From an uncultured Chloroflexia bacterium (GTDB taxonomy: Bacteria; Chloroflexota; Anaerolineae; CG2-30-64-16), in the NCBI GenBank assembly GCA_963810095.1, contig CAWEMM010000012.1, positions 96,001 to 160,000 of the forward strand: a stretch of DNA of 64,000 nucleotides, given 5' to 3'. The notes below the pieces were generated by a model. That model was given only the letters and a program-made list of their open reading frames with translations. It was not told the origin of the DNA and did no database searches. Of the stretch, positions 31,559 to 40,964 are shown piece after piece. How positions within the stretch are numbered: the first letter of the stretch is position 1; every line of letters begins with the position of its first letter. Both the position numbers and the translations under genes were made by a program.

Positions 31559-31726
31559 AGCACACTCAATCTGTTGGGTCGCATCCTTCGACTGCGGCAC
31601 ACCAGCTGCGCTGGCGCCTCCGCTCAGGATGCTTCAAGCGCAGGCACCCTGAGCGGAGGGCGGTCCGCAGGAGCGCCCGCAGTCGAAGGGCGCCGAGCGC
31701 CATGATTCAACAGATTCGCTGTGGCT
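31559..31726. mobile_element. 168-bp MITE/REP-like branched palindrome, copy 1
   Basis: Highly similar to 56705-56872; imperfect terminal IR agcacactcaatctgttg...caacagattcgctgtggct; internal ccttcgactgcgg / ccgcagtcgaagg arms. Confidence 0.75.
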
Positions 31727-31757
31727 GCACCTAAACTCGCTTATCCAGCTGCAACGC

Positions 31758-32081
31758 CTACTTCTTGCCCCGGCCGCCCCCATCGCCCGCGCCCTCACGC
31801 TGCACGAACTTGAAGAACCGGCTCTGCTCGCCGCTCTTGAGCGTGTCCTGGTAGAGGAACGCAAGGCCCGAGTCGTCGAACTTCTTGAAAAAGTCGTCCC
31901 ACTCGATGGGTTCGAGCCGGGCATCGCGATCGTCGGGGTTGGGCTCGTCGAAATCAATACGCAGGAGACCCGCGTCGTTCTTCCCGCCGGTGTCGCGTAC
32001 GCGCGCCGGGTGTCCCTGGCGCTCTTCGACCCAGCGACGAATTACCTCATGGTCCGTGGTTGTATCCGAACTGCCTGCCAT
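31758..32081 (-). CDS. Conserved hypothetical protein
   Basis: TTTDHEVIRRWVEERQGHPA..LRIDF..IEWDDFFKKFD..LAFLYQ; good RBS. Confidence 0.8.
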   Translation of the reverse strand: MAGSSDTTTDHEVIRRWVEERQGHPARVRDTGGKNDAGLLRIDFDEPNPDDRDARLEPIEWDDFFKKFDDSGLAFLYQDTLKSGEQSRFFKFVQREGAGDGGGRGKK

Positions 32082-32115
32082 CTCAAACCTCTCACTCTGC
32101 TCTCGTTACAGTTGC

Positions 32116-32983
32116 CTACACGTTGACGACTTCGCCGCCGTTCGGGTGAATGACCTGGCCCGTGATGTACGATGCGTCCTCGGAGGCCAGGAAGAGAAAT
32201 GCCGGCGCCACCTCTTCCGGTTGGCCCGGCCGGCCGAGCGGCACGTCGGCCCCGAAAGACTTCACCTTCTCCTCCGGGAAAGTCGAAGGGATCAGGGGTG
32301 TCCAGATCGGTCCGGGTGCCACGGCGTTCACACGGATGCCCCGCTCGGCCAGGTTGATCGACAGCGAGCGCGTAAATGAAACGATGGCGCCCTTCGTCGA
32401 AGAGTAGTCGAGCAGCTGTGGGCTGCCGCGGTAGGCGGTCACGGATGTCGTGTTGACGATCGCGCCGCCTTTCTTCATGTGCGCCAGCGCCGCCTTGGTC
32501 AGGAAGAACATCCCAAAAATGTTGGTCCGGAAGGTGCGCTCGAGTTGCTGCGCGCTGATGTCCTCCAGGCGCTTCTGTGGGTGCTGTTCGGCCGCGTTGT
32601 TGATCAGGATGTCGAGCTTTCCGAACTCCTGCACCGTGCGCTGCACCAACTGCTGGCAGAAGTTCTCGTCGCCGATGTCCCCGGCATGGGCGAGGCAGCG
32701 GCGCCCCTCCGCCTCGACCAGGCGCTTTGTCTCCTGCGCGTCGCCGTGTTCGTTGAGGTAGGAGATGGCTACGTCCGCGCCTTCGCGGGCAAACAAGGCC
32801 GCGACTGCACGGCCGATCCCGCTGTCGCCGCCGGTCACCGAGCGCGACCTTCCCCTTGAGCCGGCCCGAGCCCGGCCGCTCCTCGCGGACTGCATCAGGC
32901 TTGGGCGTCATCTCGCTCTCTAAACCGGGGCGCTGGTCCTGCGTTTGCGCCGGCAGCGTCTGCTTCTGTTGTTCCTGGCTCAT
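32116..32983 (-). CDS. YhdF/YghA-like general-stress SDR (frameshift near 32842)
   Basis: N-terminal PAQTQDQRPGLESEMTPKP, TGGDSGIGRAVA, DYSSTKG, VAPGPIWTPLIP, HPNGG. Confidence 0.88.
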
Positions 32984-32992
32984 CAGCTCACC

Positions 32993-33361
32993 TCAGGGCA
33001 GGGGCGACGTCGTCGCGCCGGGCGGAACGATATCGCTGCTGTCCGAGTCCTGCTGGCCCGCGTGTAGCTTCTGGAGCAGGCGGGTCACGATCGTCCGGGA
33101 TTCAGCGTCTTCCGTATCGAAGCGGCCCGCGAGTGCGGTCACCGCGCCCTGCTGCCCGGCAACAGCCGCGTTATCGAAACGCGGGACGACGGGGAAAAGC
33201 CGGTCCTCCCCGCCCAGGTCCTCCAGGTCGGGGATTGAAATCTTGTGATCCCGCTTCAGGCGTTCCTGCACGCCGGTCCACACATCGCCCGGCGTCGCGC
33301 CTTCGATCACTGTGTTGTCGTTCGCGACACCCAGTTCCGCAATGGATACACGGTACGCCAT
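32993..33361 (-). CDS. Hypothetical protein
   Basis: GGAGG RBS; sits within the operon. Confidence 0.65.
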   Translation of the reverse strand: MAYRVSIAELGVANDNTVIEGATPGDVWTGVQERLKRDHKISIPDLEDLGGEDRLFPVVPRFDNAAVAGQQGAVTALAGRFDTEDAESRTIVTRLLQKLHAGQQDSDSSDIVPPGATTSPLP

Positions 33362-33400
33362 GATCAACCTCCTGCCTCGTCTCGAAATCGCCGGTTCCCT

Positions 33401-33988
33401 TTAGCGGTAGCCCGGCCGGCTTCCACTCGATTCGCCGCGGGTGCCGTCCGCATCGCGGCTCCCGCCGTGATCCTCGTAGCCCTCGCGCGCGTTGTCTTCA
33501 TCGTTGCCGTCTGCAGCCTGATTCCCCGGGCGGCCCTCTTTCGTCGACGGCTTGCCCGATCCGCTGCGAATGGGCCCGCTGTGGCCCTCGCCTTCCTTTT
33601 CCAGGCCCCCCGTCATCCCGCGCTGGCCGCTCACACCGGGCTCGCGCCCGCCCTTGGTGCTCCCCGATCCGGCGTCGTCGTCCTCACCCGTGCGGCCCTC
33701 GTCCCTGCTATTCTGGCCCTGTCCGCCGGCGTCGCCGACCAGGAGGCTGCCCGTGCCTTCGTTCTCCATCCCGCCCCCGGCCGTCCCCGAGCCGCCGCTG
33801 GAGCCCTCGCCGGTCTGCCCGACCCCGCGATCCTGCAGACCGCGCCCCTGGGAATCGTCACGGTCTTCGGCGCCGTCGCGGTTCTGCGTTTCGCCGCGGT
33901 CGCCGCGCATCAGTTCGTCTTCCGCCGTCCGCCGGGTTGTCAGGTCCTCTTCGGGGCGGTTGCGGTACTTGTCGCCTTGTGCACTCAC
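33401..33988 (-). CDS. Gly/Asp/Glu/Arg-rich hydrophilin-like disordered protein
   Basis: Almost no hydrophobic residues; AGGAGG RBS. Confidence 0.7.
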   Translation of the reverse strand: MSAQGDKYRNRPEEDLTTRRTAEDELMRGDRGETQNRDGAEDRDDSQGRGLQDRGVGQTGEGSSGGSGTAGGGMENEGTGSLLVGDAGGQGQNSRDEGRTGEDDDAGSGSTKGGREPGVSGQRGMTGGLEKEGEGHSGPIRSGSGKPSTKEGRPGNQAADGNDEDNAREGYEDHGGSRDADGTRGESSGSRPGYR

Positions 33989-34022
33989 GATTCTGCCTCC
34001 TGCCTTTCAACCCGGGCCGGGC

Positions 34023-34523
34023 TCACGCCTCGCTGAAGTAGCGCCGGCCGACCGAGAATCCGAGGGCCAGCAGCAGCAGGCTTGCTGCGGCTGCGAAGAC
34101 CCACGGCTTCTGGCGCACCCGCGCCCCGGCCTGAGCCCGCACCGTGCCCACCTGCTCGCCGAGCTTACCGGCTTGCAGCGCGACGCTGTCGCCGGCTTCG
34201 CCGGCCTTTTCCGAAGCTTTTTCGGCAGCTTCTGAGACCGCCGTCGTCAACTCTTCCGCTTTGGCCGCAGCCGCCGCAGTCACCGCGGCGAAGCGCTGCG
34301 CCGCCTTGTCGAGCATGCGCATCTGCTTCTGGTGCATCGCAGCTTCGGCCCGCCGGGCCGTCTCCGCGCCCTCGTCGATCCCGACCATCTTCTTCTCGTG
34401 CATCGACGCTTCGCTGACCTTGGCTTGCTCTGCGCCCTGGTCGATCGCTTTCATCTTCTTTTCGTGAGCCAGCGTCAGTTTTTCCTTCGCTTGCTCGATT
34501 CGCATCTCGGCCTTCTTCGCCAT
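34023..34523 (-). CDS. Ala/Lys/Glu-rich protein with ElaB/YqjD (DUF883)-like tail anchor
   Basis: Repeats of H(E/Q)KxM; C-terminal VRQKPW + TM helix + GRR. Confidence 0.75.
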   Translation of the reverse strand: MAKKAEMRIEQAKEKLTLAHEKKMKAIDQGAEQAKVSEASMHEKKMVGIDEGAETARRAEAAMHQKQMRMLDKAAQRFAAVTAAAAAKAEELTTAVSEAAEKASEKAGEAGDSVALQAGKLGEQVGTVRAQAGARVRQKPWVFAAAASLLLLALGFSVGRRYFSEA

Positions 34524-34603
34524 CTCAGTCTCCTTTTGCTACAGCAACCTTCCCTGATTTCACTGGCGCCTGCGGCACGGGCGCGCCCGCGCCGTCGAGC
34601 TTG

Positions 34604-34670
34604 ACGATAACATGGCTCGTCTTAAGCTGACTTTAAGGTCGGCTACGCACTCGCTTAAGGCTTCCTCAAG
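34604..34670 (-). promoter_or_regulatory. 11-bp-phased TTAAG array plus -10 box
   Basis: cttaag 34621, tttaag 34632, (ctacgc 34643), cttaag 34654, ctcaag 34665; TGtTATCGT on the minus strand at 34609-34604. Confidence 0.7.
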
Positions 34671-34683
34671 GTCGATCCCCTGG

Positions 34684-35100
34684 TTAGTGCGCTCCGTTCT
34701 CCGGAACAAGCTCATACGCCTCGGGCGAATCAGGACCCCCGGGCACCTCGTCCGCGCCCAACTGCTTGAACTCGTCGGCCAGTGCCTTTAGTTCCTCTTC
34801 CGGTCGTTCTTCGAGGTTGACCATATCGGTGCGCGCCTCCGACACCGCCCGGATCAGTTCGTCGATCTTCAGGTGCAGCGCCTTGGAGTCCCGGTTCTGC
34901 GACGCCTGGATGATAAAGACCATCAGAAATGTCACGACGCTCGTGCCGGTGTTGATCACCAGCTGCCACGTGTCTGAGAAGTGGAACAGCGGGCCGGTGA
35001 TGAGCCACACGACGAGCACGCCAATTGCCGCTATGAACGCCCAGGGCGAACCGACGACGTCTGCGGCCCGGCGTGAGAACTTACGAAAGTACTCGTTCAC
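34684..35100 (-). CDS. Low-affinity iron permease (Fet4-like) family membrane protein
   Basis: GSPWAF, FSDTWQLVINTGT, FIIQASQNRD, LKIDELI. Confidence 0.85.
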   Translation of the reverse strand: MNEYFRKFSRRAADVVGSPWAFIAAIGVLVVWLITGPLFHFSDTWQLVINTGTSVVTFLMVFIIQASQNRDSKALHLKIDELIRAVSEARTDMVNLEERPEEELKALADEFKQLGADEVPGGPDSPEAYELVPENGAH

Positions 35101-36388
35101 CCTCGGCCTCTTCCACCTGATCGAACGGCGGCACGGTATCAGCCCGAAGCTGGGGCGCGTACTCGTAGCGCTCCGCGGGCGGCGTTCGTGCCGGGCGTGC
35201 ACGACCTGTGCTCGCGTTATCGGGCTTGGCCTGGAAGACCAGGCCGGCGAGTCCCACGCCCAGCATCGTGATCGCCTTCGGGATGAGCCGCAGCGCCAAC
35301 CCAAGCGGCGTGGCGGGGATGCGCTCGGAGCCGAGTTGATTTGCGTTGGCCTCTGCAGGCTCACGCAGCCTGTCGACGAGGCCGGCCTGGAGCTGCAGGA
35401 TGCCGCGCTCCACCAGCAACTTCTCGCGGAACAGCACGTCCCATTCCTCGTGCTGCACCTCCGCCGAACGGAGGTCGCGCTCGATGGTTTTCAGCCGCTG
35501 AACCAGGTCGGAATTGGCGTTCGCCGGCGTACGCTTCTTGGCATCTTTCCAGAGCGCGCGCAGCCGGTCCTCCAGCTCGTTGGCCTCTTTCGTCCACGTC
35601 AGGTACGCCTTGGAGAAAGACAGCTGCTCGACGACGATCGCGCGGGCGTGCGCTGCATCGTACTTCCGGCCGCTGATCGCCAGGTCCGACGGGTAGAGGA
35701 TCAGTTCGAGCTTGTTCGAGCGCAGCGTCGTGAGCTGGTCGGCAACCAGGTTGGACTGACCCTGGCCCGCCACTACGGTTAGCACCTTGATCGGCAGCCG
35801 CATCAGGATACTCGCCTGCGTCCGCGTGACCGGCAGGTCCGCTTTGTCGAGCGCCCGCTCGATCTCGCTCACCATCGAGAGGTAATCCGGCTCTTCGACT
35901 ACAATGGGCAGATGCTCGGTGGTCCAGCGCTTGGCCAGCGTCCGCACCTTAAGGAGCGGAACAAACACCACCATCATGAGCAGGGCCAGCGAGGTCGCGA
36001 CCGTGTACGGGTAACCGTGCAGGATGCGCTGGAAGATCGCCTTGCCGCCCTTCGGCTGGTCTTCCTTGGCGGTCACCTTTGTCGCCAGGAAACCCATTAT
36101 CGCCGGCAGAACCAATGCGATGGCCAGCATAGCCAGTCGAATCCACCAATCCTGCACGAAGGATGGCAGCTTGACGAAGCTGAGCAGAAACACCCCAACC
36201 TTTGGGACGATAACGCCAAACACCACGACAATCCAGATGACCGACCCAAACGCGATCACCGACAGGAGTGTCTGCCGCTCCTGCGGCACCTTACCGAACA
36301 GGGTCGTCGTGGCCCAGCTAAAGATCGTATTCAACAGCCGCCCGACCTGCCGGCCGAGGGCTGCGAAAAGCGCCTGAAGAATCGCCAT
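35081..36388 (-). CDS. Hypothetical membrane protein
   Basis: Several N-terminal TM helices; in operon context. Confidence 0.75.
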   Translation of the reverse strand: MAILQALFAALGRQVGRLLNTIFSWATTTLFGKVPQERQTLLSVIAFGSVIWIVVVFGVIVPKVGVFLLSFVKLPSFVQDWWIRLAMLAIALVLPAIMGFLATKVTAKEDQPKGGKAIFQRILHGYPYTVATSLALLMMVVFVPLLKVRTLAKRWTTEHLPIVVEEPDYLSMVSEIERALDKADLPVTRTQASILMRLPIKVLTVVAGQGQSNLVADQLTTLRSNKLELILYPSDLAISGRKYDAAHARAIVVEQLSFSKAYLTWTKEANELEDRLRALWKDAKKRTPANANSDLVQRLKTIERDLRSAEVQHEEWDVLFREKLLVERGILQLQAGLVDRLREPAEANANQLGSERIPATPLGLALRLIPKAITMLGVGLAGLVFQAKPDNASTGRARPARTPPAERYEYAPQLRADTVPPFDQVEEAEGERVLS

Positions 36389-36443
36389 AATTGTCTCTCC
36401 CCCGCGCCCCTCCGCCTGTGGCTGCAGGAGGAGGGGCCAGGAA

Positions 36444-37916
36444 TTACGCGCGCACCATGGAGCGCCGGTAGCGCCACCACGAGAACACAAACAACACCAA
36501 GCCCATCACACCCAGCGCCACCAGGAAGATCCACGGCGGCGGCACGCCCTTCAGCATCACGTTCTGCAAGCTGATGATGCCGTAGGTGACCGGTAGCAGG
36601 TACCCGATGTAGCGAACCGGTACCAGAATCTGCATCAGCGGAAACACGAACCCGCTGAAGAACATGGACGCCAACAGGACCAGCATCGAAGCCTGGACGG
36701 CCTGACTGTCGGTGCCCGATGTGGCCGAGATGGCAAAGCCGTATCCCAGCGACGCAAAGATCAGCAGCAGCAGCGAAGCGACGAGCCAGGCCACCGTGCC
36801 CAAAAGCGGCACGCCGAGGATGTAGATCGCCGACGCGGTCAGGATGGCCGCCAGGACGCCGACGAACAGCAGGTACGAGCCATACTTCCCCAGCATGATC
36901 TCGAACGCGGTGATCGGCGCCACCCGGAACAACTCGAGCGCACCGAACACCTTCTCACGCACCAGGGCGAGCGACGCGATGCTGATCGCCACGTGCTGCA
37001 AGATCAAGGCCAGCACGCCCGGCGCATAGAAAATCACGAATGCGGGCGTGAACGGTGCGATGCTCTTCGTCACGGTAGTCAGCGGCGACACCATCACGTC
37101 GGGCGGCACATTCTCAAAGTCCGCCAATTGTTTGTCCATGCGATCCAGGTCGCTGCTCACCGCCTGAGCCCGGGTATCGACCGAAGACTGGTCGTTCGCC
37201 CCCGCGGGCGCAGCGGCCGGGCTTTGAACCGGGCCTGCACCCAAGCCCTGACCCATACCGCCCATGATCAGCGCCGTCGCACCCAGCAGCGCAGTGGCCT
37301 GGTCCAGCGAGCTATTGGCCCGCGCCAGTTCCTCCTGCGCACGGGCATTATCGCCGGCAGCCGCGGCCGAACGAGCGCTGTCGGCCGCCGACCGCGCCTG
37401 GGCCAGGTTACCCTTGGCGTCGCCGCTCTGCTGCTTGGCCTCGGCCGCAAACTGCATCAGGATGCGGCGGTTAATCTCGGCCACGTAGACGCGGCCGAGC
37501 TGGTCCACGTACGCCGCCTGCGTCGGGTCGATCTCGTTGTGATACAGCTCGAGGGTCGCCTGCGAGCCATTCTTGACCGTCTGGTACGCATGTGGCGGAT
37601 AGACCACGACCAGGTCAACCTGGCCGATGCGCAGCCGCTGCAGGGCCTCGTCCTTGCTGACCGTCTGGCCCATGTACTGGAGCTGCGGCCCAAGGTCGGT
37701 CGCGTACTGCTCCACCTGCGGCGCGACTTGCGGCTCGTCCGCGGGAACCACGAAGAGCGCGCGCATCACCCGGGCCTGGTTGTTGAAGCCCAGCCCAACG
37801 AGCAGCAGGATCAGGAACGGGCCGAGAATCAGCCGGACAACCAGCCAGGGTTGGCGCAGGATCTCGCGGATTTCCTTGCCGAGAAATGAAGAGACTCGGA
37901 CGATCGGCTTAAGCAC
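36444..37916 (-). CDS. ABC-2 type permease with large extracytoplasmic domain
   Basis: KEIREILR, FYAPGV, LVREK..GALE, FFSG, LLPVTY. Confidence 0.88.
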   Translation of the reverse strand: MLKPIVRVSSFLGKEIREILRQPWLVVRLILGPFLILLLVGLGFNNQARVMRALFVVPADEPQVAPQVEQYATDLGPQLQYMGQTVSKDEALQRLRIGQVDLVVVYPPHAYQTVKNGSQATLELYHNEIDPTQAAYVDQLGRVYVAEINRRILMQFAAEAKQQSGDAKGNLAQARSAADSARSAAAAGDNARAQEELARANSSLDQATALLGATALIMGGMGQGLGAGPVQSPAAAPAGANDQSSVDTRAQAVSSDLDRMDKQLADFENVPPDVMVSPLTTVTKSIAPFTPAFVIFYAPGVLALILQHVAISIASLALVREKVFGALELFRVAPITAFEIMLGKYGSYLLFVGVLAAILTASAIYILGVPLLGTVAWLVASLLLLIFASLGYGFAISATSGTDSQAVQASMLVLLASMFFSGFVFPLMQILVPVRYIGYLLPVTYGIISLQNVMLKGVPPPWIFLVALGVMGLVLFVFSWWRYRRSMVRA

Positions 37917-38988
37917 GGCGCGCCTCCAACTCCTGGCCCTCGACCTCGGCCTGCGACTTTTCCAGCAAACGCACAAAGACCTCGTCGAAGGTGGGCCGGT
38001 ACTGCTCGATCCCCTCAACCTCCAGGTTCTCCCCCCGCATCAGGTCGAGAATCGCGGGCATGGCCGTCGAGGCGTCCTCGACGACGAGCCGGGCGCGGCC
38101 GGGGATGCTCGTATCGATCGACTGCACGCCGTTCACACGGCCAAACAGCGGACGCGTGGCGTGGCCGATTTGCGCAGAACGCACTTCGACGATTTCGCCG
38201 CCGAACGCGTCGCACCGCAGGTTCTCGGGCGTGTCGATGGCGATGATCCGGCCGTGCCCGATCACAGCCACCTGGTCGCAGTACTCGGCTTCGGTAACGT
38301 ACTGTGTCGTCACGAACAAGGTGCGGCCTTCGCCTTTGAGCCGGTGGAACGCCTCCCAGAACTTGGCGCGCAAGATGGGATCGATGCCCGCGGTGGGCTC
38401 GTCCAGGAAGATCAGGCGCGGGTTATGGATCAGCGACGAGGCCAGCGCCAGCCGCCGCTGCATCCCGCCCGAAATGTCGCGTGCGAGCTTGCCCCGGTGA
38501 TCCCAGAGCTCGACGAAGTCGAGCACCTCCCGGCGACGTTTGCCGCGGTGAAACCAGCTCATACCGTAGAGCGAGGCGGAGAAGTCGATGTTCTCCTTGA
38601 CGGACAGGTTGGGGTACAGGATGAACAGCTGCGGCAGGTAGCCGATACTCTCGCGCACCCGGCTGCTCATGTGGCCGGCGGGCTGGCCAAAGATCTGCAC
38701 GCTCCCGCTGGTCGGCTGATAAGTCCCGTTCATCAGGCGGATGGTCGTCGTCTTCCCGCTGCCCGACGGCCCGATGAAGCCGAAGATCTCGCCCTCGTGA
38801 ACGTTGAAGGTCAAATCCTGGACCGCGACCGAATCGGCAAAGCTCTTTGTTGCGTTCTGCATCTCGATGACTCGGCGCCGAGCTGCCGTGCTAGGCACAC
38901 TCGTGGGCGCGCCCGCAGGCGGTGCGGGCACTGGTTGTGGCGCCCGCGGCGCGGCGGGTTGCCCAGGTGCTTGGTTAGGTCCTTGCAT
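37909..38988 (-). CDS. ABC-2 ATP-binding protein
   Basis: GPSGSGKTT, ISGGMQRR, LDEPTAGID. Confidence 0.92.
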   Translation of the reverse strand: MQGPNQAPGQPAAPRAPQPVPAPPAGAPTSVPSTAARRRVIEMQNATKSFADSVAVQDLTFNVHEGEIFGFIGPSGSGKTTTIRLMNGTYQPTSGSVQIFGQPAGHMSSRVRESIGYLPQLFILYPNLSVKENIDFSASLYGMSWFHRGKRRREVLDFVELWDHRGKLARDISGGMQRRLALASSLIHNPRLIFLDEPTAGIDPILRAKFWEAFHRLKGEGRTLFVTTQYVTEAEYCDQVAVIGHGRIIAIDTPENLRCDAFGGEIVEVRSAQIGHATRPLFGRVNGVQSIDTSIPGRARLVVEDASTAMPAILDLMRGENLEVEGIEQYRPTFDEVFVRLLEKSQAEVEGQELEARRA

Positions 38989-39006
38989 TCGTACTTCCTG
39001 CGCTGC

Positions 39007-39840
39007 TTAGCGCTTGAGCCCGTCGGGCACGCCATTCGGGTATAACTTGTCGATCGCCTGCTGGATGTTTTGGATGCGATTCCCGGGGTCCGGGTGCGTG
39101 CTCATGAACTCGGCGGGCCGCGGTCCCGAGTTGGCCTGCTCCAGAATCGTCATCACGTCGATCATACTGCGCGGGTCGTAGCCGGCCTGCGCCATGTATT
39201 TCACGCCGAAGGTGTCGGCTTGGGTCTCGTCCGTGCGGCTGAACTTCAGGTTCACCATCTGGTTCACCAGCATGGCAAACTGGGCATTGCGGTACGTCCG
39301 TGGGTCGTTTGGATCGACGGCAGCAATGACCGCTGCGCCGGTGAGGCCCTGTGTCAGCTGGCTCTTCGCCAACTGCTCGGCCGAGTGGCGCAGGATAACG
39401 TGCGAGGTCTCGTGTGCCAGGACGCCGGCAAGCTGGCCCTCGGTCTGCAGGTGCGACAACAACCCTTCGGTGATGAAGACCTGGCCGCCCGGGAGGGCGA
39501 ACGCGTTGATCGTCTCGGGGTCGGCCAGCAGGTGATACTCAAACTGATACGGCCCCTTGGCCGCATCGCTGTTCTCCCAAATCTTGTTGCCCACCTGTGC
39601 GACGAGCGCCGTCGCTTTCTGGTTGGAGGATAGACCCCCGTATTGCGCTTCCATCTCTGGCGCAGCCTGCAGCCCCATCGCGGTTTCCTGCTCCGGCGAC
39701 ATATTTACGTGCTGCGTCTGGCCCGTAACGGGGTTAACCTGGCTGGACCCGAAGTAGCCAATCAGCGCGATGACAATCATGATTACCGCGATGATCAGGC
39801 GACCCCCGCCGAACGAGCGCCGTCCAACATTTCCGAACAT
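39007..39840 (-). CDS. M48 family zinc metallopeptidase
   Basis: INAFALPGG, HETSH zinc motif, FSRTDETQAD, STHP. Confidence 0.9.
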   Translation of the reverse strand: MFGNVGRRSFGGGRLIIAVIMIVIALIGYFGSSQVNPVTGQTQHVNMSPEQETAMGLQAAPEMEAQYGGLSSNQKATALVAQVGNKIWENSDAAKGPYQFEYHLLADPETINAFALPGGQVFITEGLLSHLQTEGQLAGVLAHETSHVILRHSAEQLAKSQLTQGLTGAAVIAAVDPNDPRTYRNAQFAMLVNQMVNLKFSRTDETQADTFGVKYMAQAGYDPRSMIDVMTILEQANSGPRPAEFMSTHPDPGNRIQNIQQAIDKLYPNGVPDGLKR

Positions 39841-39980
39841 GCTTACTTCCTCTCACTCACAACACACAAACTAACTCAATACACGCTCTGACGCGATTAA
39901 ACGCAGCCGGCAAGACGGCTGTTCCGATTCACGGGCCGGCCCCTCTCCCCTTCCACGCACGCGCCCGGAACATCGAGCAC

Positions 39981-40758
39981 TTAGCCCTGCAGCAGCGACT
40001 GCGCACCGTCGATCCAGATCTCGGTGCCCGAGATGTGGCTGGACGCGTCCGAGAACAAGAACTTGACAAGCTCGGCCACCTGCTCGGGCCGCCCGGGCGC
40101 ACCCTTCGTGAGCGGCACGGGTCCCTCCGGGTACTCGGCCAGTTTCGGCTCGCCCTCGAGCTTGCTTTTGTCGGTAGACTCCTCGATGTTGGTCGTAATC
40201 CAGCCGGGGCAGATGACGTTCACGCGGATCTTGTCCTGGCCCAGCTCGAGCGCAAGCATCTTCGCCAGGGCCACCTGGCCGGCCTTTGTCGTCGCGTAGG
40301 CAGATGCGCCCACGTTGCTGAACATGCGGGTGCCGTTGACCGACGACGTGATCACAATGCTGCCGCCCTGCTTGCGCAGGTGGGGTACCGCGTAGTGAAC
40401 CGTCAGGTACGTCCCCTTCAGGTTGACATCCATGACCTGATCCCATTCGTCCACGGTAATCTGGTCGATTGGCGCCCAGGTCCCGTTGATGCCCGCGTTC
40501 GCGAAGACCATGTCCAGCCGCCCCCAGCGCTCCAGCGCCTGGCGAATCGCGGCCTCCACGTCTTGCGGCTCTGAGACGTCGCACACGATCACCAAAGCCT
40601 CGCCGCCGGCACCGCCGGATGCCTTGCTCCACCTCTCGCAACTCCGCTTCGTCGCGGCTGACCAGCGCGACGCGCACGCCTTCGCGTGCCAACAATTCGG
40701 CGGCCGCCCGGCCAAGGCCCGAGCCCGCGCCCGTGATGAATGCTACTTTACCCTTCAT
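39981..40758 (-). CDS. SDR oxidoreductase (frameshift near 40615)
   Basis: TGAGSGLG, ANAGING, YATTK, IDGAQSL. Confidence 0.85.
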
Positions 40759-40834
40759 TGGCTCCATCCCTTTGCGTTTGAGTAGACCCTCTTTCGGGAC
40801 CTGTCTGGCGCTTGGCCGCACCAGCGATTCTTGC

Positions 40835-40900
40835 ACTCTAAATGTAGCCCGCGCATACGTCTTTACGGCCATCTCATACCGACCTTAAGGTGGGCTTAAA
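40835..40900 (-). promoter_or_regulatory. 11-bp-phased TTAAG array plus -10 box
   Basis: tttacg 40862, ctcata 40873, cttaag 40884, cttaaa 40895; TAGAGT on the minus strand 21 bp downstream. Confidence 0.6.
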
Positions 40901-40964
40901 GACCGATGTGGTTCGAGGGGCCGCAAGCTATAATGACAGGGTGCAAGAATGGACGGATACAGGC

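Noticed and set aside
39871-39905. Possible ninth TTAAG array upstream of the M48 gene
   Set aside because: Only one reasonable hexamer (attaaa at 39896) and no phased partners.
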